Positions 12,751-25,143 of a stretch of DNA of 64,000 nt are shown one piece after another; position 1 is the stretch's first letter; each line of letters begins with the position of its first letter. Source of the DNA: Moniliella sp. 'wahieum' (taxonomy: Eukaryota); assembly GCA_003971905.1 (NCBI GenBank), contig RSEE01000008.1, positions 682,001 through 746,000 of the forward strand. The letters run 5' to 3'. The position numbers and the translations under genes were made by a program. The notes under the pieces are model-generated. The model was not told the DNA's origin. It was given only the letters and a program-made list of their open reading frames with translations, and ran no database searches.

Positions 12751-13095
12751 TACTCAGTACTCAGTACGTACTCTTCATTCTCGCCTGCAAGCTTCTGAGT
12801 ATCGGAGTGGATCTGAGGTCTGTGCCGATAAACTAGTACTGCACAACTATGAGCTCCTACTGTAGCCCATATCACATGTCACATGTCAAATCCGATCAGT
12901 ATGTCCTAGTGGCGTGACGCGTGACGTCTGATGATGATGCATGATGCACATGATGGAACCCGTCCATGTGCAGGACCATCGATCATCGACCCGGCCTCAG
13001 GCCTCAGGACTGAGTGTACTCAGGGTACAGCCTGTACTCCGGCTGAGGCCCTGAGGGCCTGAGGCTCAGCCGGAGCAGAGATCTCAGACTGAGAG
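12751..13095. repeat. Dense cluster of TGA/TCA + palindromic-tetramer heptamer repeats (six tetramer types)
   Basis: GTAC-TCA (12751-12767), TCA-CATG (12872-12888), TGA-CGCG (12912-12926), TGA-TGCA (12935-12948), TCGA-TCA-TCGA (12979-12989) and GGCC-TCA (12993-13008). Confidence 0.85.
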
Positions 13096-13261
13096 GTACC
13101 AGCTGTTGTTGGAGTGTGGTGGCATGTGGCACCACTTGGTGTGATGGCTGGATCGGCCATGTCGTTGGCGAGCGGAACTGGCTATAGAGCTCCGCAACTC
13201 GCGCGCTCCGGATTGGTTACCGTCGCGCCCTCGTTCCCCTCCTTCCTTCTCTCCCTGTTGG

Positions 13262-13462
13262 ATTGAAGGTTGGACTAGCGTCAGGAGCTTACAAGAAGCT
13301 ATCTCTGACTGTTCCCACCCTGCACAGGTGAGCTTCCTGTTCTCTCTCTTCCTGTTCTCTTCCTGCTTCTGGCGCTTGTCCTTGTCCATCGGTTGCATTG
13401 AAGGTTGGACTAGCGTCAGGAGCTTACAAGAAGCTATCTCTGACTGTTCCCACCCTGCACAG
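13262..13462 (+). repeat. Perfect 66-nt direct repeat (13262-13327 and 13397-13462), period 135 nt
   Basis: ATTGAAGGTTGGACTAGCGTCAGGAGCTTACAAGAAGCTATCTCTGACTGTTCCCACCCTGCACAG is read twice. Confidence 0.92.
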
Positions 13463-16400
13463 TGCAATCGTCCTTAGCTTGGTAGCGTAGCTACTTCTCA
13501 GTTAACGGACAACCGCGGTTCTGGGCTCTCATTGGTGTGACCGATTCATCGCGCTCACCCATTGATCGCCTAGTCTAGTGCTTCGCCCTAGCCCCCAATC
13601 TTTCAGCTGTTGCTCCGGCGTGGCAACCATGTGTTGTGATATATCGGTGATGTGATGGGTGCGGTATATGTGACACTATACGCCATGCGTCTTGCACTTG
13701 TGACAAAAGCGAATGTGGTTAGTGGGGCCCGGGGTGCACAGATGACATACGGCACCCGCCGACGAGAGACGAGGCGGAGCACAAGGGGCAACGTGCATAA
13801 CATGTAACATGGTAACATGGGGTAAGAGCACTGTTACCATCAGTAAGGCCCTATACTATTGGTCTATACTAACACATTCTATAGCCGGAGAGATCCGTCA
13901 GAGAAATAAATGAGAAGACATAGCCGGGTTGGAGCCCAGAGGTTGGAGATTGGACCAAGCTGAACGCGTTGAACAATGTCGGACAGTGTTGAACAATGTT
14001 GAATGAACTGAGGATCTGAGCCATATATCGATCAACCGCCAAAAACATTGCCCAAAAACGCTCTGATCAGCAGCGCTCTCTGAGGATCGATGACCGACCT
14101 GAAGCCAATGCAACCGGTGTGACTGGTGACTGGCGAACAGAGAGTGTCGTCAGCGCGCCAGCAGCAGCGGCCCCAGCACTCCCAGTGGTGTCGGATCGCT
14201 TACGACTATTAAAGTACGCGGTTTTATATATTAAGAGAGGGTTAGTACTTAGTACGTGTTAATACCCATCACCTTTCCAAGGCTGTTGCAGCCATAATGC
14301 ATTGCATGTAACATGTACCAGGCGATTGCGGCGCTCGTATCGGAGCTCGCATCCTCCGCTGAAAATCGAAGCGTTCATCGCGTTCAGCAAACCTACAGTG
14401 AGTGATGAGACCTGGAGTCCAGATGGTCCTCGAGGGTGATGCAATCGCACTAGTAGTGGTGGTGGTCTAAGCCAACCAGCAACGCCTACAGAGGAACATC
14501 AAGCAGCGAGTCGCCACCAGGGGCTAAGCTGCGGAACAAGGAAAAACAGGAGAGAAAAACAACGGAACTCCTAGGCCTGAAGAGGAACTGAAGGGACATT
14601 GGCCAAAGCACGAGCCACCTGATGGCTCAACAGTGAGTTCATGAAGATCAACAACACATCTCCATCATCGCGTCCAACGCGTTAAAAAGGTGTGTTCAAA
14701 CGTGGTTGGGTACGCGTTTAGAATACCCGACCCACGTTCAAGATTTCAAACGTTCCCTCCGATTTCTGTCCGAGCTCTCAGAACCCTGATTTCAGAGGCA
14801 AGCTTGAACGTTTTAAAAGTTTACCGTTTACCGATTAACGTTTAACTTTTCCGTTTAACCCGTGTGGCGCGCGCCATATATGCATCTGCCGAGCAATATC
14901 CCGCCGTGGCGGGTGGCGCATGGGGAAGAGTGCCGGGGGAGATCGGGGAACGAGACAAAGAGTGGAAACACCTATTTGGTTCTGGGCACATCAACGCATC
15001 ACCGTCACAGGCGTCACTCACGTCACCGGCACGCCGAACATCAGCGTCAAAAGTGTTTGACAAAATGTTGGCGTATCTGTAGCGCTGTGCTTGATACTCA
15101 GTACACTCCATCTGTTGAGATCTGATGGATCTGATGGTGCTGACGCGCCTGACGCGCGCTGCGTCCCAGCTGACCCAACAGCCGACGTCAGCGTCAGAGG
15201 CTCTTGTATTAACCTGGTCCTGCTGGCTTGCCCAGTTGCTCTCGCTCGTGCACCCTGGATGGGATGGGATCGGGGCGAGGGAATTCAAAAGGCTTTGCAA
15301 TGGCCCCAAGCCGAGTAGGCCGGTGCTATATCCAGTTGCATTGTTATGCATGTTACGTTCAATGTTCATGGTAATAATGACGGTGACATTGTGACATAGG
15401 GCAGGACGTGTCACTTTCACTAGATCACTGTACAGCACTGGCCACAACAGTGAAGCTAGTGAAGTAAGAATGGCGAACCTGAGGGGGCCTGGGTGCCCGA
15501 TCTTGGGCAGTCAATACCTGTTCAAGTCAGTGCTGGACTCCTTGAACCCCCTCCTGGTACTACATGAGCATCAAGAAGTGACTGGCCCCAGTACAATAAC
15601 TTGTTCCTTGCCTGGTGGCGGTCCCAACAGCACGCGGGTTGGCCGGTCAAGCTTCAAGCTTCAAGCTCTTCAAAAGCCGCAAGGCCCAAGGCACACCACC
15701 ATACGAAAAGGAGAGGGTAAAACATGCAATAACACTCAGTCTGTGAATCTGAGCTTTTCCAACAAAAGCAGTAATTCTCAGTTGCTGAGATTCAGCATTA
15801 CCTATTACTCAGTTTCTCTCATATTGCATATACGCTCTCGGTACACCCACACACCACGCAGCAACAGTCCTTCGTCAGCAGGCTGGCTGAGCGCGCGCGC
15901 GCGCTGAACGTCTGAGCCGCTGAGTGCTGGAGGCCTGAAGCTCTGAAGCAAGTTGGGGCATGAAGATGACGGGGCAAGATGACCGGGGGGTATGCAAGTG
16001 GCATTAAATATTGAACGCTGAAGCTTGCAGCTTGAAGCTCGAGACGTTGTTGAAGAACGACTGTCAAGCGCAGGCCTTTTATAGACCAGCTTCAGATTCA
16101 GTCAGACGTTCAGTTCTTCTCACACGTTACGCGTTACCGCGGCCTTACTGGGTTACATGTTTACGCGTTACGTACGACACTATAGGCATAATACGATGCC
16201 GTTTGCAATTTGGGATGGGATTGAATGGGGCGGGGAGGCAGTGTGCGGGCCCATTCGGAAGGGGCGACAACAGGGGGCAAGTGTTGTCCTCCTGAGTATG
16301 TGGGCCGGTTAGGCACGGCTGGTGTGGTGGGAGGATGGTGGTCTGTGCGATGGGGCGCCGTGCGTGGGGGCCCCCATGACTCGGATCGCCGGTGGAGGCA

Positions 16401-16579
16401 GAGGTGAAACTGGCGCCGTGCGGCTGTGGGGGGCACACGACCCTTGTGGCCCGCTGTGGCTTTGGCGTTGGAACGGAATGGGTGAGGGGTAGGCCGTAGG
16501 GCAGCGAAGGGACTGCCATAGGGACTTGGGAAGCTAATGATGATAGGAATAGTGAGTAAGAATTGCAGGTGCCATGCAC

Positions 16580-17155
16580 CATGTGACATGTGACATGTAG
16601 CACATGTGGCATGTGGTTGTGAGTACGTGGGTACTGAGAGTACGAGTACTGGGTACTGGGTCCAGTACTGAGCTACTCAGACTGACTTCTCAGAGATCTC
16701 GGATCTCGATCTCATTACTGAGTCTCAGTACCGTGTGAGTTGTGAGTACAGTTCGGTGTTCAGCGCGTTGAACACGTTGAACGTTGAGCACGTTGTTAAT
16801 CGATAATCGATAATCGAATAATCGTTGACCGAACCGTTGCGTACGAGTACACTGGGTACGTTAGGCAGACTGGCTAGAGTGAGGGTGTGACATGTGACAT
16901 GTGACAACAGCGCCCAGTGCACTCGATGGTCGTAGGGCTTGCGTGAGTGTGTGAGTGTGAGCGGCGTATGTGCCGGTTGTTGGCATGGCCGCCGTTTCGG
17001 AGCTCCTTTACTCGATCACTAGTCACTAGGTCACTAGGAATACTGAGGTCTGAGGCTCAGACCACCGGGCACCGGTCAGCCGGTCAGGCCTGAGCCTCAG
17101 GCCCAGGCCACAGTGCCTCAGTGCCTCAGTGAACGTTCAGGCGTGCAGGCCTGAG
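16580..17155. repeat. Second dense heptamer cluster, upstream of the C2H2 gene
   Basis: CATG-TGA (16580-16597 and 16888-16906), ACGT-TGA (16774-16787), TAA-TCGA x3 (16797-16817), TCGA-TCA-CTAG-TCA-CTAG (17012-17029), CCGG-TCA-GGCC-TGA (17080-17093) and TGA-ACGT-TCA (17130-17139). Confidence 0.85.
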
Positions 17156-17262
17156 ACCATGGTAGCTAGGAAAGCCTCGTCGAAAACAAGCCAAGCGAAA
17201 CAGCGCCGAGTGGCGGTGTCCGCCGGGAAGGTGACTAGCGCTGGTCAGTGCCCGCCCGGCAA

Positions 17263-18453
17263 ATGCCTACGCCCTCCGGCATCGCCCTTTCTTCCATCGC
17301 ATCAACGTTCAACAACACCACCCAGCTTGTGGCGCTCGAACCCAGCTGCATGTCCTCTGTCGGTGCCTTGCTCGCCTCCTCGCCGCCACCTGCTGCCATG
17401 TTCGAACGCCCCTCATTGGCTCCCCCACGGCCCGGCCTAGGTGCACTGTCCGCCCCGTCCGAATCCAGCCGCACCCCCAGTGCCAGTACCAGCACCAGTA
17501 GCAACGCCAGCACCGCCGCCACTACACCCTCGACACGCGCCAACGCCAATCCCAGTGCCAACGCCGGGGCCAGTGCTTACAACAGCCCTTCCGATTTCCC
17601 TCCTCCCCATCTCCTAGCACCCTTTCCGGTTCGTAACTCCGACCCAAATCTGCCTCCACCTCCGCTGCCGCCCCATGACACGCCTACTTCTGGGTCGCGA
17701 TGGATCCATCCCTTGCAATGCAGGGACACACAGAAGAGGTGTTCATTGCATATGCCAGCCTATCCACCTCCCCACCGACCACGCCTAAGCAACCCGGCCC
17801 AATATTCGCTCACTTCCCTCCGCCACGTTGGCACCCGTTACCCGACTCCCATCAAAATGGTTGGCGTGACCATTGCGATTCACCTGGGCGCCAATGGGAG
17901 TCCTTACCGCGCTTGCCGCCCCTTCGCCATGCCCACCATCTTGCTCTCCCACAGGAGAGGGAAGGCGGACGACCGCGGCCTACTGGCTTGCCCATCGGCT
18001 TCGACCACCCGCGCCCGGACCCGTCCCCTCCTCTTGCTCATCCTCGTTGTCAACCCTACCCTCCACCACCCAGTTCCAGTTATCCCCCACAGCGCGAGGG
18101 AAAGCGTCCACGTTTCACCTCCGACTCGGAACCAAGCCCTTGGGACACACAGGATCCCCCCCCCTCGTCACAGGAGCCAGCATTTGCACCTACCACCACC
18201 CATTGACTGATGCTTACTGTGGTGCCCACTTCAATCGTCTTTACGATCTCTCCCGTCACCGCCAGATCCATGCGCGCGAAGAAGCCGAGCGATCGCGGCC
18301 GGTTTGTTGAGGCGCGATCAAGCCTTGGTGTGGGGTAAAGAAGTCGACCCTGCTTCCTCTGGTGTGACCAAGGAATGGTGCTGTCAAGAATGTCAATCGG
18401 TGTTCTCCCGAAAAGATGCACTGCTCCGCCACAAACGGCTTCGGGCCCATTGA
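17263..18453 (+). CDS. C2H2 zinc-finger transcription factor with Pro/Ser-rich N-terminus and two C-terminal fingers; frameshifted in this assembly
   Basis: Finger 1 is ICTYHHPLTDAYCGAHFNRLYDLSRHRQIH. Finger 2, read by hand from 18361, is EWCCQECQSVFSRKDALLRHKRLRAH, with TGA at 18451-18453. ATG at 17263. Confidence 0.82.
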
Positions 18454-19464
18454 ATACAAATCCCCCTCTCTCTCTCTTCCCATTCCCTTTTTGCCCCCTT
18501 CTCCTGCTGCGTTTGCCCAGCACGGGGCCTACTCAGCTGCCCTATACTCAGCTGCCCAGCAACTTGCATGCATCTCTGGTATTATGCATCATGTGCGTAT
18601 AGTATGGTCTTTCGCAGCCCCCCGCGTCAGTTAGTTTTTTGTCTGGCTCATATACCTACGGCCTCAGCCCGCGCTCTTCGTTGCTGTACAGCAAAGCTTT
18701 GGATTTCGTCTGTGACAGGCTAATCCTCGCTGAAGAATTGAACGAGAGAAAGCGTGTGCTGGAGTTTTTGTACGACACAGTATCTTTCTCCCATCAATAT
18801 CATCAATCTGGCTACCGTTGCGGCCATATCAAAGTAGAGTCCATTAGCATGGCAGTGGATCTATACTTGTTCTACACCACTGACCATCGATATGAGAGCT
18901 GGTCAGCCTCCTGTGTGCTTGTTGTTTCCTGTTTCCGGGACATGCATGTTCGCCACAGCTCGTTCAAAACGACAAGCACGGACATGTGAGCTCCAGCAGG
19001 GTACGCAGAATAACGAGGACAAAACCTTTTGATATGTGGTCAAAGATGAAGCTACTAAGGTACTACATGAATGCAGCGTTGAAGGATGCGTGCGGGGTTG
19101 ATGCGCGCTGATGGCCCTGAATTAGATGCAACGGCTCTGCAACTCAATACCTGGCAACGACACTATGGTGCTGTAGACGGGGTGAGTTGTACGACTAGTT
19201 CTCCGGCACCGACACGGGGAGGGGAAAAGGCGAGAAAGAAATAAGGTGAATAAACATACTCTGTTGGTGGCTGGTGTAGCCCCGCTCTGCTATCGACTAG
19301 ATACCCCTGTTAAAGCTGTGCCCACAACAATGCATCGTACGTCAGTTACTGGCCGCCGACCATCGTGGCAGATTCAGTGGTATAGCATCCATTTGTTATG
19401 ACAACCAGGGAATCTAGAATCTTGCGCGTAGCGGCGGTAATGTTCTCTGGACTCAAGATACTGC

Positions 19465-20757
19465 TCAAAAGCCCAGGTTGATCGATCCTACCCCAGCCGA
19501 CAGCTCCGCATCAGCGGGAAGATATCTACCTTCGGGCGAATTGAGTGGGTGTGAGGTAAAGAAGACAGAGCCCGTATAGCTCTCACTCGGCACAACACGC
19601 TGGTGGTCCAACGCCCAGTCGCGCTCGCCCCGATGCCTCCACGAAAGGTTCACCGAGCCCGTCTTGGCTGCTGCCTTGACCAGCCCGGCGAAAGACTCAT
19701 TGTACGTCACATTCACTGAGCCCACATCGGATTGGATCTTGGATGTCCAAACCTGCGCCAAGGTGCCAGTGGGGTCCTGATTTTCGCGCCAAACTTGTCT
19801 TTGAAGGTAACCTGAACTTGTCCGGTATGAGCCACCGCGCCCACCCGCACTGCTGCCCCCTTCTCGGCCGAGAAGGTCACGGGCGTTACATGGCCAAGTA
19901 TGACCGAACCCTTGTCCGTCTCGACGAAGAGATCCTGGGCCACGACTTGTCCGTGCGCCTCGATCGTTCCCAGGTTGGATGTGAGCTTGGCAATGGGCGC
20001 ATAGACCGAGGCGAGACGAATGCTGCCTTTGTCGGACGACAACTGAGCCGAGGAAATGGCATGCACAGCGTTTCCGTTGATTGACCCCAGTTTGGACTCA
20101 ATCACCATATCCTGTGCGTAGAGGGCTTGCTTGAACAAACCGAGCCCGTCTCGGCCACGATACGCGTATATGCAGCAGTAGGATTGACCCCGTGAAAGTA
20201 ACGCTACCGATCGTTGCATGAACCTGGACCGCGTCTGCAGTAACCCCCAGATCGGCTGAGGAGACCGAGCCTTCATCTGAAAGGATATCGAGGGTGCCTA
20301 GCGCCCCCTCGGCACGGGGGAGACGCGCCTTGACCGTAACTGCGATCTTGGGCTTGAGCGCAGGGAAAGAAGTATGCGGGTCCGAGTAAACCCCAATCCT
20401 AATCCAACCATCTTGGGTTTGCAGCTGCACCACCCGCAGCTCCTCCTCCAGCGTCGCCTCCTTATCCGCCCATGCTTCAACGTCTACAAAGGTCTTACCG
20501 GACCAGCCAGTTCCGGGTCCCGTTCCGACCAAGTCAATGTTCGTTGTGTGTCGCTTACCAAGAGAATGGATCGACAGCCCATTGCTCGTCTTGGCGGAGG
20601 GGAGCAGCTCAAACGTGGCCCTCCGCACAAAGGGCCGGCGGGGCCAGAAGCCCTTGCGCTCAATAGGGCCCCAGGAGGCTTCGGAAACGAGAATGCCCTC
20701 GGACGCAGGTACCTCGGGTCCCTTGGCAGCGGACGCTTTGTTGTCGAAATTGAGCAT
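19465..20757 (-). CDS. Putative adhesin / DUF4097-like beta-strand repeat protein; frameshifted; true start may lie further upstream
   Basis: Repeated short motifs (SDEGSV, ATIGSV, SKLGSI, SDKGSI, SNLGTI, TDKGSV, SDVGSV, AKTGSV, AGVGSINLGF) across three chained minus ORFs. Confidence 0.6.
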
Positions 20758-21532
20758 GATGTGTGCAGAGTAGTGATGGTGGGAGGGATGGTGGTGACGA
20801 GCCCATGCCGGTTAAATGCGGATCGTTGCCACCAGGCAGAGGCACCCAAGCCGAGGGCCTCAGAAACACGTCGTAGCGGGAACGTGCGACTCGCAGTCAA
20901 ATATCAGCCTGCGCGTCACGTGGCGCGTCAATATCAATAGGAGCCAGCCGGCTGGCCTCAGGGGTTCACTCTTTCATTATTTCAACGGGGCCATCTGTGC
21001 GCTCAGCTGAGCCGCTGAGCGCTATTAAACACAGCTGACTGATCCAATTGATTGGGCGCTGCGCGACTCCCCGATATACCACCCACAGGGACCCCCACGC
21101 CGCTGAGCGGCGGCTGAGGCGCTGAGGCCTCAAGACGACTCGTACAAGTCACCCGAGTGGAACGCGGCGCAGCAGGCGAAGCTGAGGGCGCTGCAGCGGT
21201 AGCTGCTTTCTCGGTGGGAGAGCATAACGGTGCCATATGACAGCGTATGTGGGAACACCAGACTGAAGTATGCTCTCAGACCGAGTCATACTTTGCTTGA
21301 CCTACCCTCAGAGAAACTACATACTACGTGAGGGTGTGAGGTGTGCCGTATGGATGGCGATGACGCGATGACGCTAAATCGTCGGGGGCATCCCCGGACT
21401 ATACCCAAACGTGTTTAATCCTCATGTTCTCGACGAGGGCAACGGATCTGCAGGAGAATCAAAAGGTGCAATACGCTCAGAAGGTGAAGGTAAAGGTGTA
21501 CTACAGTTGATGAGATTACCTGCTAGGTATTC

Positions 21533-21628
21533 GGTCGATTAGCTCAGTTGGTCAGAGCGTGGTACTAATAGGTCCAGCTTGGAGTGTTGGTGATGCCAAG
21601 GTCATGAGTTCAAGCCTCATATTGACCA
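21533..21628 (+). tRNA. tRNA-Ile(AAT) with 22-nt intron (21571-21592)
   Basis: Acceptor stem GGTCGAT/ATTGACC; D arm GCTC..GAGC; anticodon stem TGGTA/TGCCA with loop CT-AAT-A^A; T arm ATGAG-TTCAAGC-CTCAT; discriminator A. Confidence 0.95.
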
Positions 21629-21629
21629 C

Positions 21630-21635
21630 TTTTTT
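21630..21635 (+). terminator. Pol III oligo-T terminator of the tRNA
   Basis: T run starting just after the tRNA 3' end. Confidence 0.8.
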
Positions 21636-21968
21636 CATTGGGTGCGCTTGAAGCTTGATCTCAGGAAGGCGCCAGCCCTCCGAGTTTCGGTTCCCGCTCA
21701 GTCATATGGCCATGGTGCATGATGTCTTGCGCATCGCCATATGCATAACCGTCGTCTTCACAACCGTTGGCCATCGATCATCGATCATCCACCATTAGGC
21801 CTTAGGCTACAAATAACTGCTCGCGCGCCTTTACGCGTCCACCTGCGTCTCAGTCCTTTCAATGAGTGTTTCTGCCAGCATGCTCCCAGTGCCGCTTCTA
21901 ATGGCGGCTTACATGCGGGATTAGGTAAGCCTAGCCTGAGAGCAGCGGATGGTGTTGCACCGAATGTG

Positions 21969-24884
21969 ATGTCATCCCAGGCGCCGCAGCGCCGCAGCGC
22001 CTCACTGGCCTCACCCCCCCTTGCAGCTGAGCCTCATCTTCCCATTGTGTGGGCGCCAACTTCCCCTCCATCGCCATGGGTGCATCCGAGCCTATGCTGG
22101 ACCTGCAGTCGATCCAGTCGCACTCGCCTGAATGGACGCCCGAGCTACGCTTTGCCGTGTGCCTGGCCACCGCCCATGCTGCCCGTGCGTGCTACCACCG
22201 CGTAGAGGCCCATGTCGACGCACTGGAGGACGCTCAAGCCTCTGCCCTCCCCGTACCGGGCACAGCGCGGTCCGAGTACAACCCGCACCATGCCGATGAC
22301 GAGGCTACACTCGGGATCAAGACGGAACACTTTGAGGAGGAGGGGGAGGATACACGTGATGCTTCCCCTCACCAGCGCATGATCATGGAACGTGTCCGCC
22401 TTCGCCGCCGACACGAGTTTCTTCAAGACTGGGACGAGTTTAGTACCAAGTTCCTCCAAGCTACATGCCAGCACTTGGGAGTCCCGGTCCATGCCCTTCC
22501 TCCCGCTGATGACATGACGGAGGATGAAGTTTTCCGCATTATTCGCGGCGCAGCGCCCGACCCAACCCCGGCATCTCCGGCGACAACCATTGTTCCACAG
22601 GAGGAGCCTGCCCTGTAGATGAATCCAACGGCAGTCTACCGAGTCGAATGACGAGGCAACAGAGGATCCTCCATTGGAAAAGATGGAAGACCTATCGTTG
22701 GACGATGATGAAGACTCGCTCCAGGAAGCCCCTCCTGAGCCCATGGACCAGCCCAGCAAGGCATTTAGCGTACCCCTGGGCCGTCCAGGTCGTCCCCCCC
22801 TTCCATCCCCCCAAATTCCCATCGAGAACGACACCAAGACCTCTTTTGTACAGGCTGGGCAGGAGGTGGAAATCGTGCATGAACTCGTACTTATCGCCCT
22901 GGGACTGGGACAGTGCCGTGCTTCGGATGGAGCGACAACACTGTTTGAGCAAGATGAACTGTTTCAGGACGAGAACAAGGTTGAGGTGCGGGACATGTCC
23001 GCATCGCAGACTGCACCCGAGGTGCCACACCATGCCCGTGGATCTCTGTGGAGGAAGAAAGCAAGGCCGTGGCGGAGGTGGCTGCGTTGGAGCCACAGGC
23101 CGAGGAGATGCCTTCTTCGGACTCACTACCCCTGCGGACACTCAAGTCGAAGAAGCCTCGGTCCAGCAGATCGACTCGCCCCCTCTTCCCCTGCCCGTCC
23201 TTCCGATTTGACTTCGCCCGAATCTGCCCCGACGGAAGAGGGAAACTTCCTCAGTACGCCTCCACTTCCGCCCAGGACCCCATCTCCCCTGGCCCCCCAC
23301 ACCGATGTGCAAGAAACGGCGAAGCCCACCCCGCCTCCTCTGCCCCGCGCTTACCTCCTCGCCCATCCGTGCACCCGCCTGTGTCTGAGCCCGAGACAGG
23401 CGGGAGCTCAGGATGGAAGACGCCCAAGACTCTATTTTCTTCGCTCAAATGGGGAAGGGGAGGGAAGAAGGATGCTACGCCAGAACCAGAAAAGTCCGAG
23501 ACCCATCCCGCTCCATCCGGAAGAGGAGCCGCCATGTCCGAAGCCAAGGAGCCTGTCAAGCCCAATGAGCTGTTTCATTATGATGCTCGCTCTCGTGCCA
23601 TCATCTTCCAGGTGCTGCGGGCTATGGGGTTGGAGAGCGTGTATCTGTACCAGGGGGAAAAAGTGTTGGCTCAGTCCATCTACTTTTTGGTGCAAGAGTG
23701 CCAACGCGCGGAAAACCAGGGTGAGCCCGTGTCGGAGGAGACAAGAGGGGCATGGATGAATGAAGCGAGCACGAAAGTGCTTGCTCGTGAGCGTAGCAAG
23801 GGCAATTGGGGAAGTGGGCCGCAGCTGGGGTGGGATTTACCCTGGCGGGTGTGCTAACGGCGGGCTCGCAGCCCCGCTTTTGGCCCCGATGATGGTTGGT
23901 ATGGGTGCCGGTTACCTTGCTACAACAGGTGGCGTGGTTCTCATGGGTACCCTTCTGGGTTTAGGGGGCGGGGGATTGGCTGGGTACCGTGTGGAACGCC
24001 GGCTGAGGGGGTTGGACCGGCTGAAGTTTGACGTGGTTCCGACCCCGGCTGCTGATGCAGGGCTGACGATTCCCAGTATGCACGCCACGATCTGTGTGTC
24101 GGGACTGCTGACCCAACCGGGGCAACAGACGGACCCATGGAAGCAGGCACTGGCATTCGCCATCCCGATCCAAGGGACATTTACGCCGTCGAGTTCGAAA
24201 CGGACCTGATGGTAGAAGCTGGGACAGGGCTGCAGCGTTACGTGACCAGCCAGCTGATCCGCACCGGTGGAACGCACGTGGCCACGGAGGTGATCAAGAC
24301 AACCGCTTTGGCCGGCTTGACAGCCTTGACACTACCTTGACCGTTATGAGTGTGGCATCGGCCGCGTTGGACTCAACATTTGTGCGTGCCAAAACCAAAG
24401 CGCATAAGGCCGGCTTGGTTCTTGCTGAGACGCTACGGAACGAGGTGCAGGGGCACCGTCCTGTGGTCTTGATTGGTGTCTCCCTGGGCGTCACTACGGT
24501 CCTATCGGCCCTGGTAGAGCTGGCCAAGAACCCAGGTGCTTCCGCCCAGTTGATCGACTCGGTCTTTCTCATCTCGGGGCCTACGGTGCCGAGCACGCGT
24601 ACGATCAAAAAGGCACGCTCGGTCGTCGCGCGACGCTTTGTCAACGCCTACAGTAGCAAGGACATGGTCTGTGGTGTTGCCGCCTGGCTGGGGTCAGGAA
24701 CTAACATTGAGGACCTGCGTAACGGCAAGCTGCCGCGCGTCATGGGCTCAGGACCCGTCGACTTGGGCCCCGAGGGGACGTGGAAAATGTGGATGTGTCG
24801 GAAGTGGTCTCAAGCCATGAGCAACTGAACCACGAGGGCCATCTAGCGGCGGTGTTGGCGCGGTGCAATGCGTTTGTAGGGTAG
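21969..24884 (+). CDS. TMCO4/DUF726 (Mil1-like) membrane protein with C-terminal alpha/beta-hydrolase-like domain; several frameshifts; start uncertain (21969 or 22076)
   Basis: HYDARSRA, GGLAAPL, GLGGGGLAGYRVERRLRG, AHKAGLVLAETL, GHRPVVLIGVSLG, RSVVARRFVNAYS and VENVDVSEVVSSH; TAG at 24882-24884. Confidence 0.85.
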
Positions 24885-25143
24885 GCCCTTTGTTACCTAC
24901 AATGATTTTGCGTTCATCCATTGTCCTGAAGGAGGGGGGGGGGCGTCACGCGCGACCTACTCAGTGCAGCCATATGCAGATCGACGTTACAAGGGCGACA
25001 CAACGAGAAAATAAGGATAAAACAAGACTCAGAAAATAGCCAGGGATAGGGTATCCAGGTAATCGAAAGCGTCACACGCTCAGAATAAGGAAAGTGCAGC
25101 TAGCCACAGGTGTCCTTACGAACGACCAATCTTGGCTGCCGTA

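Noticed and set aside
13262..13462. CRISPR-like array or C/D snoRNA pair
   Set aside because: Only two 66-nt copies in a eukaryote with no cas genes. A CUGA is present but there is no convincing RUGAUGA C box.
13104..13629. Possible solo LTR (TGTTG start, TATA-like plus CT-rich tract, ...CAACCA end)
   Set aside because: No matching target-site duplication or clean terminal inverted repeat found, and no second copy in the window.
14842..15447. 201-aa minus ORF and overlapping short ORFs
   Set aside because: Non-ATG start, no recognisable domain, and interleaved with intergenic heptamer-type repeats.
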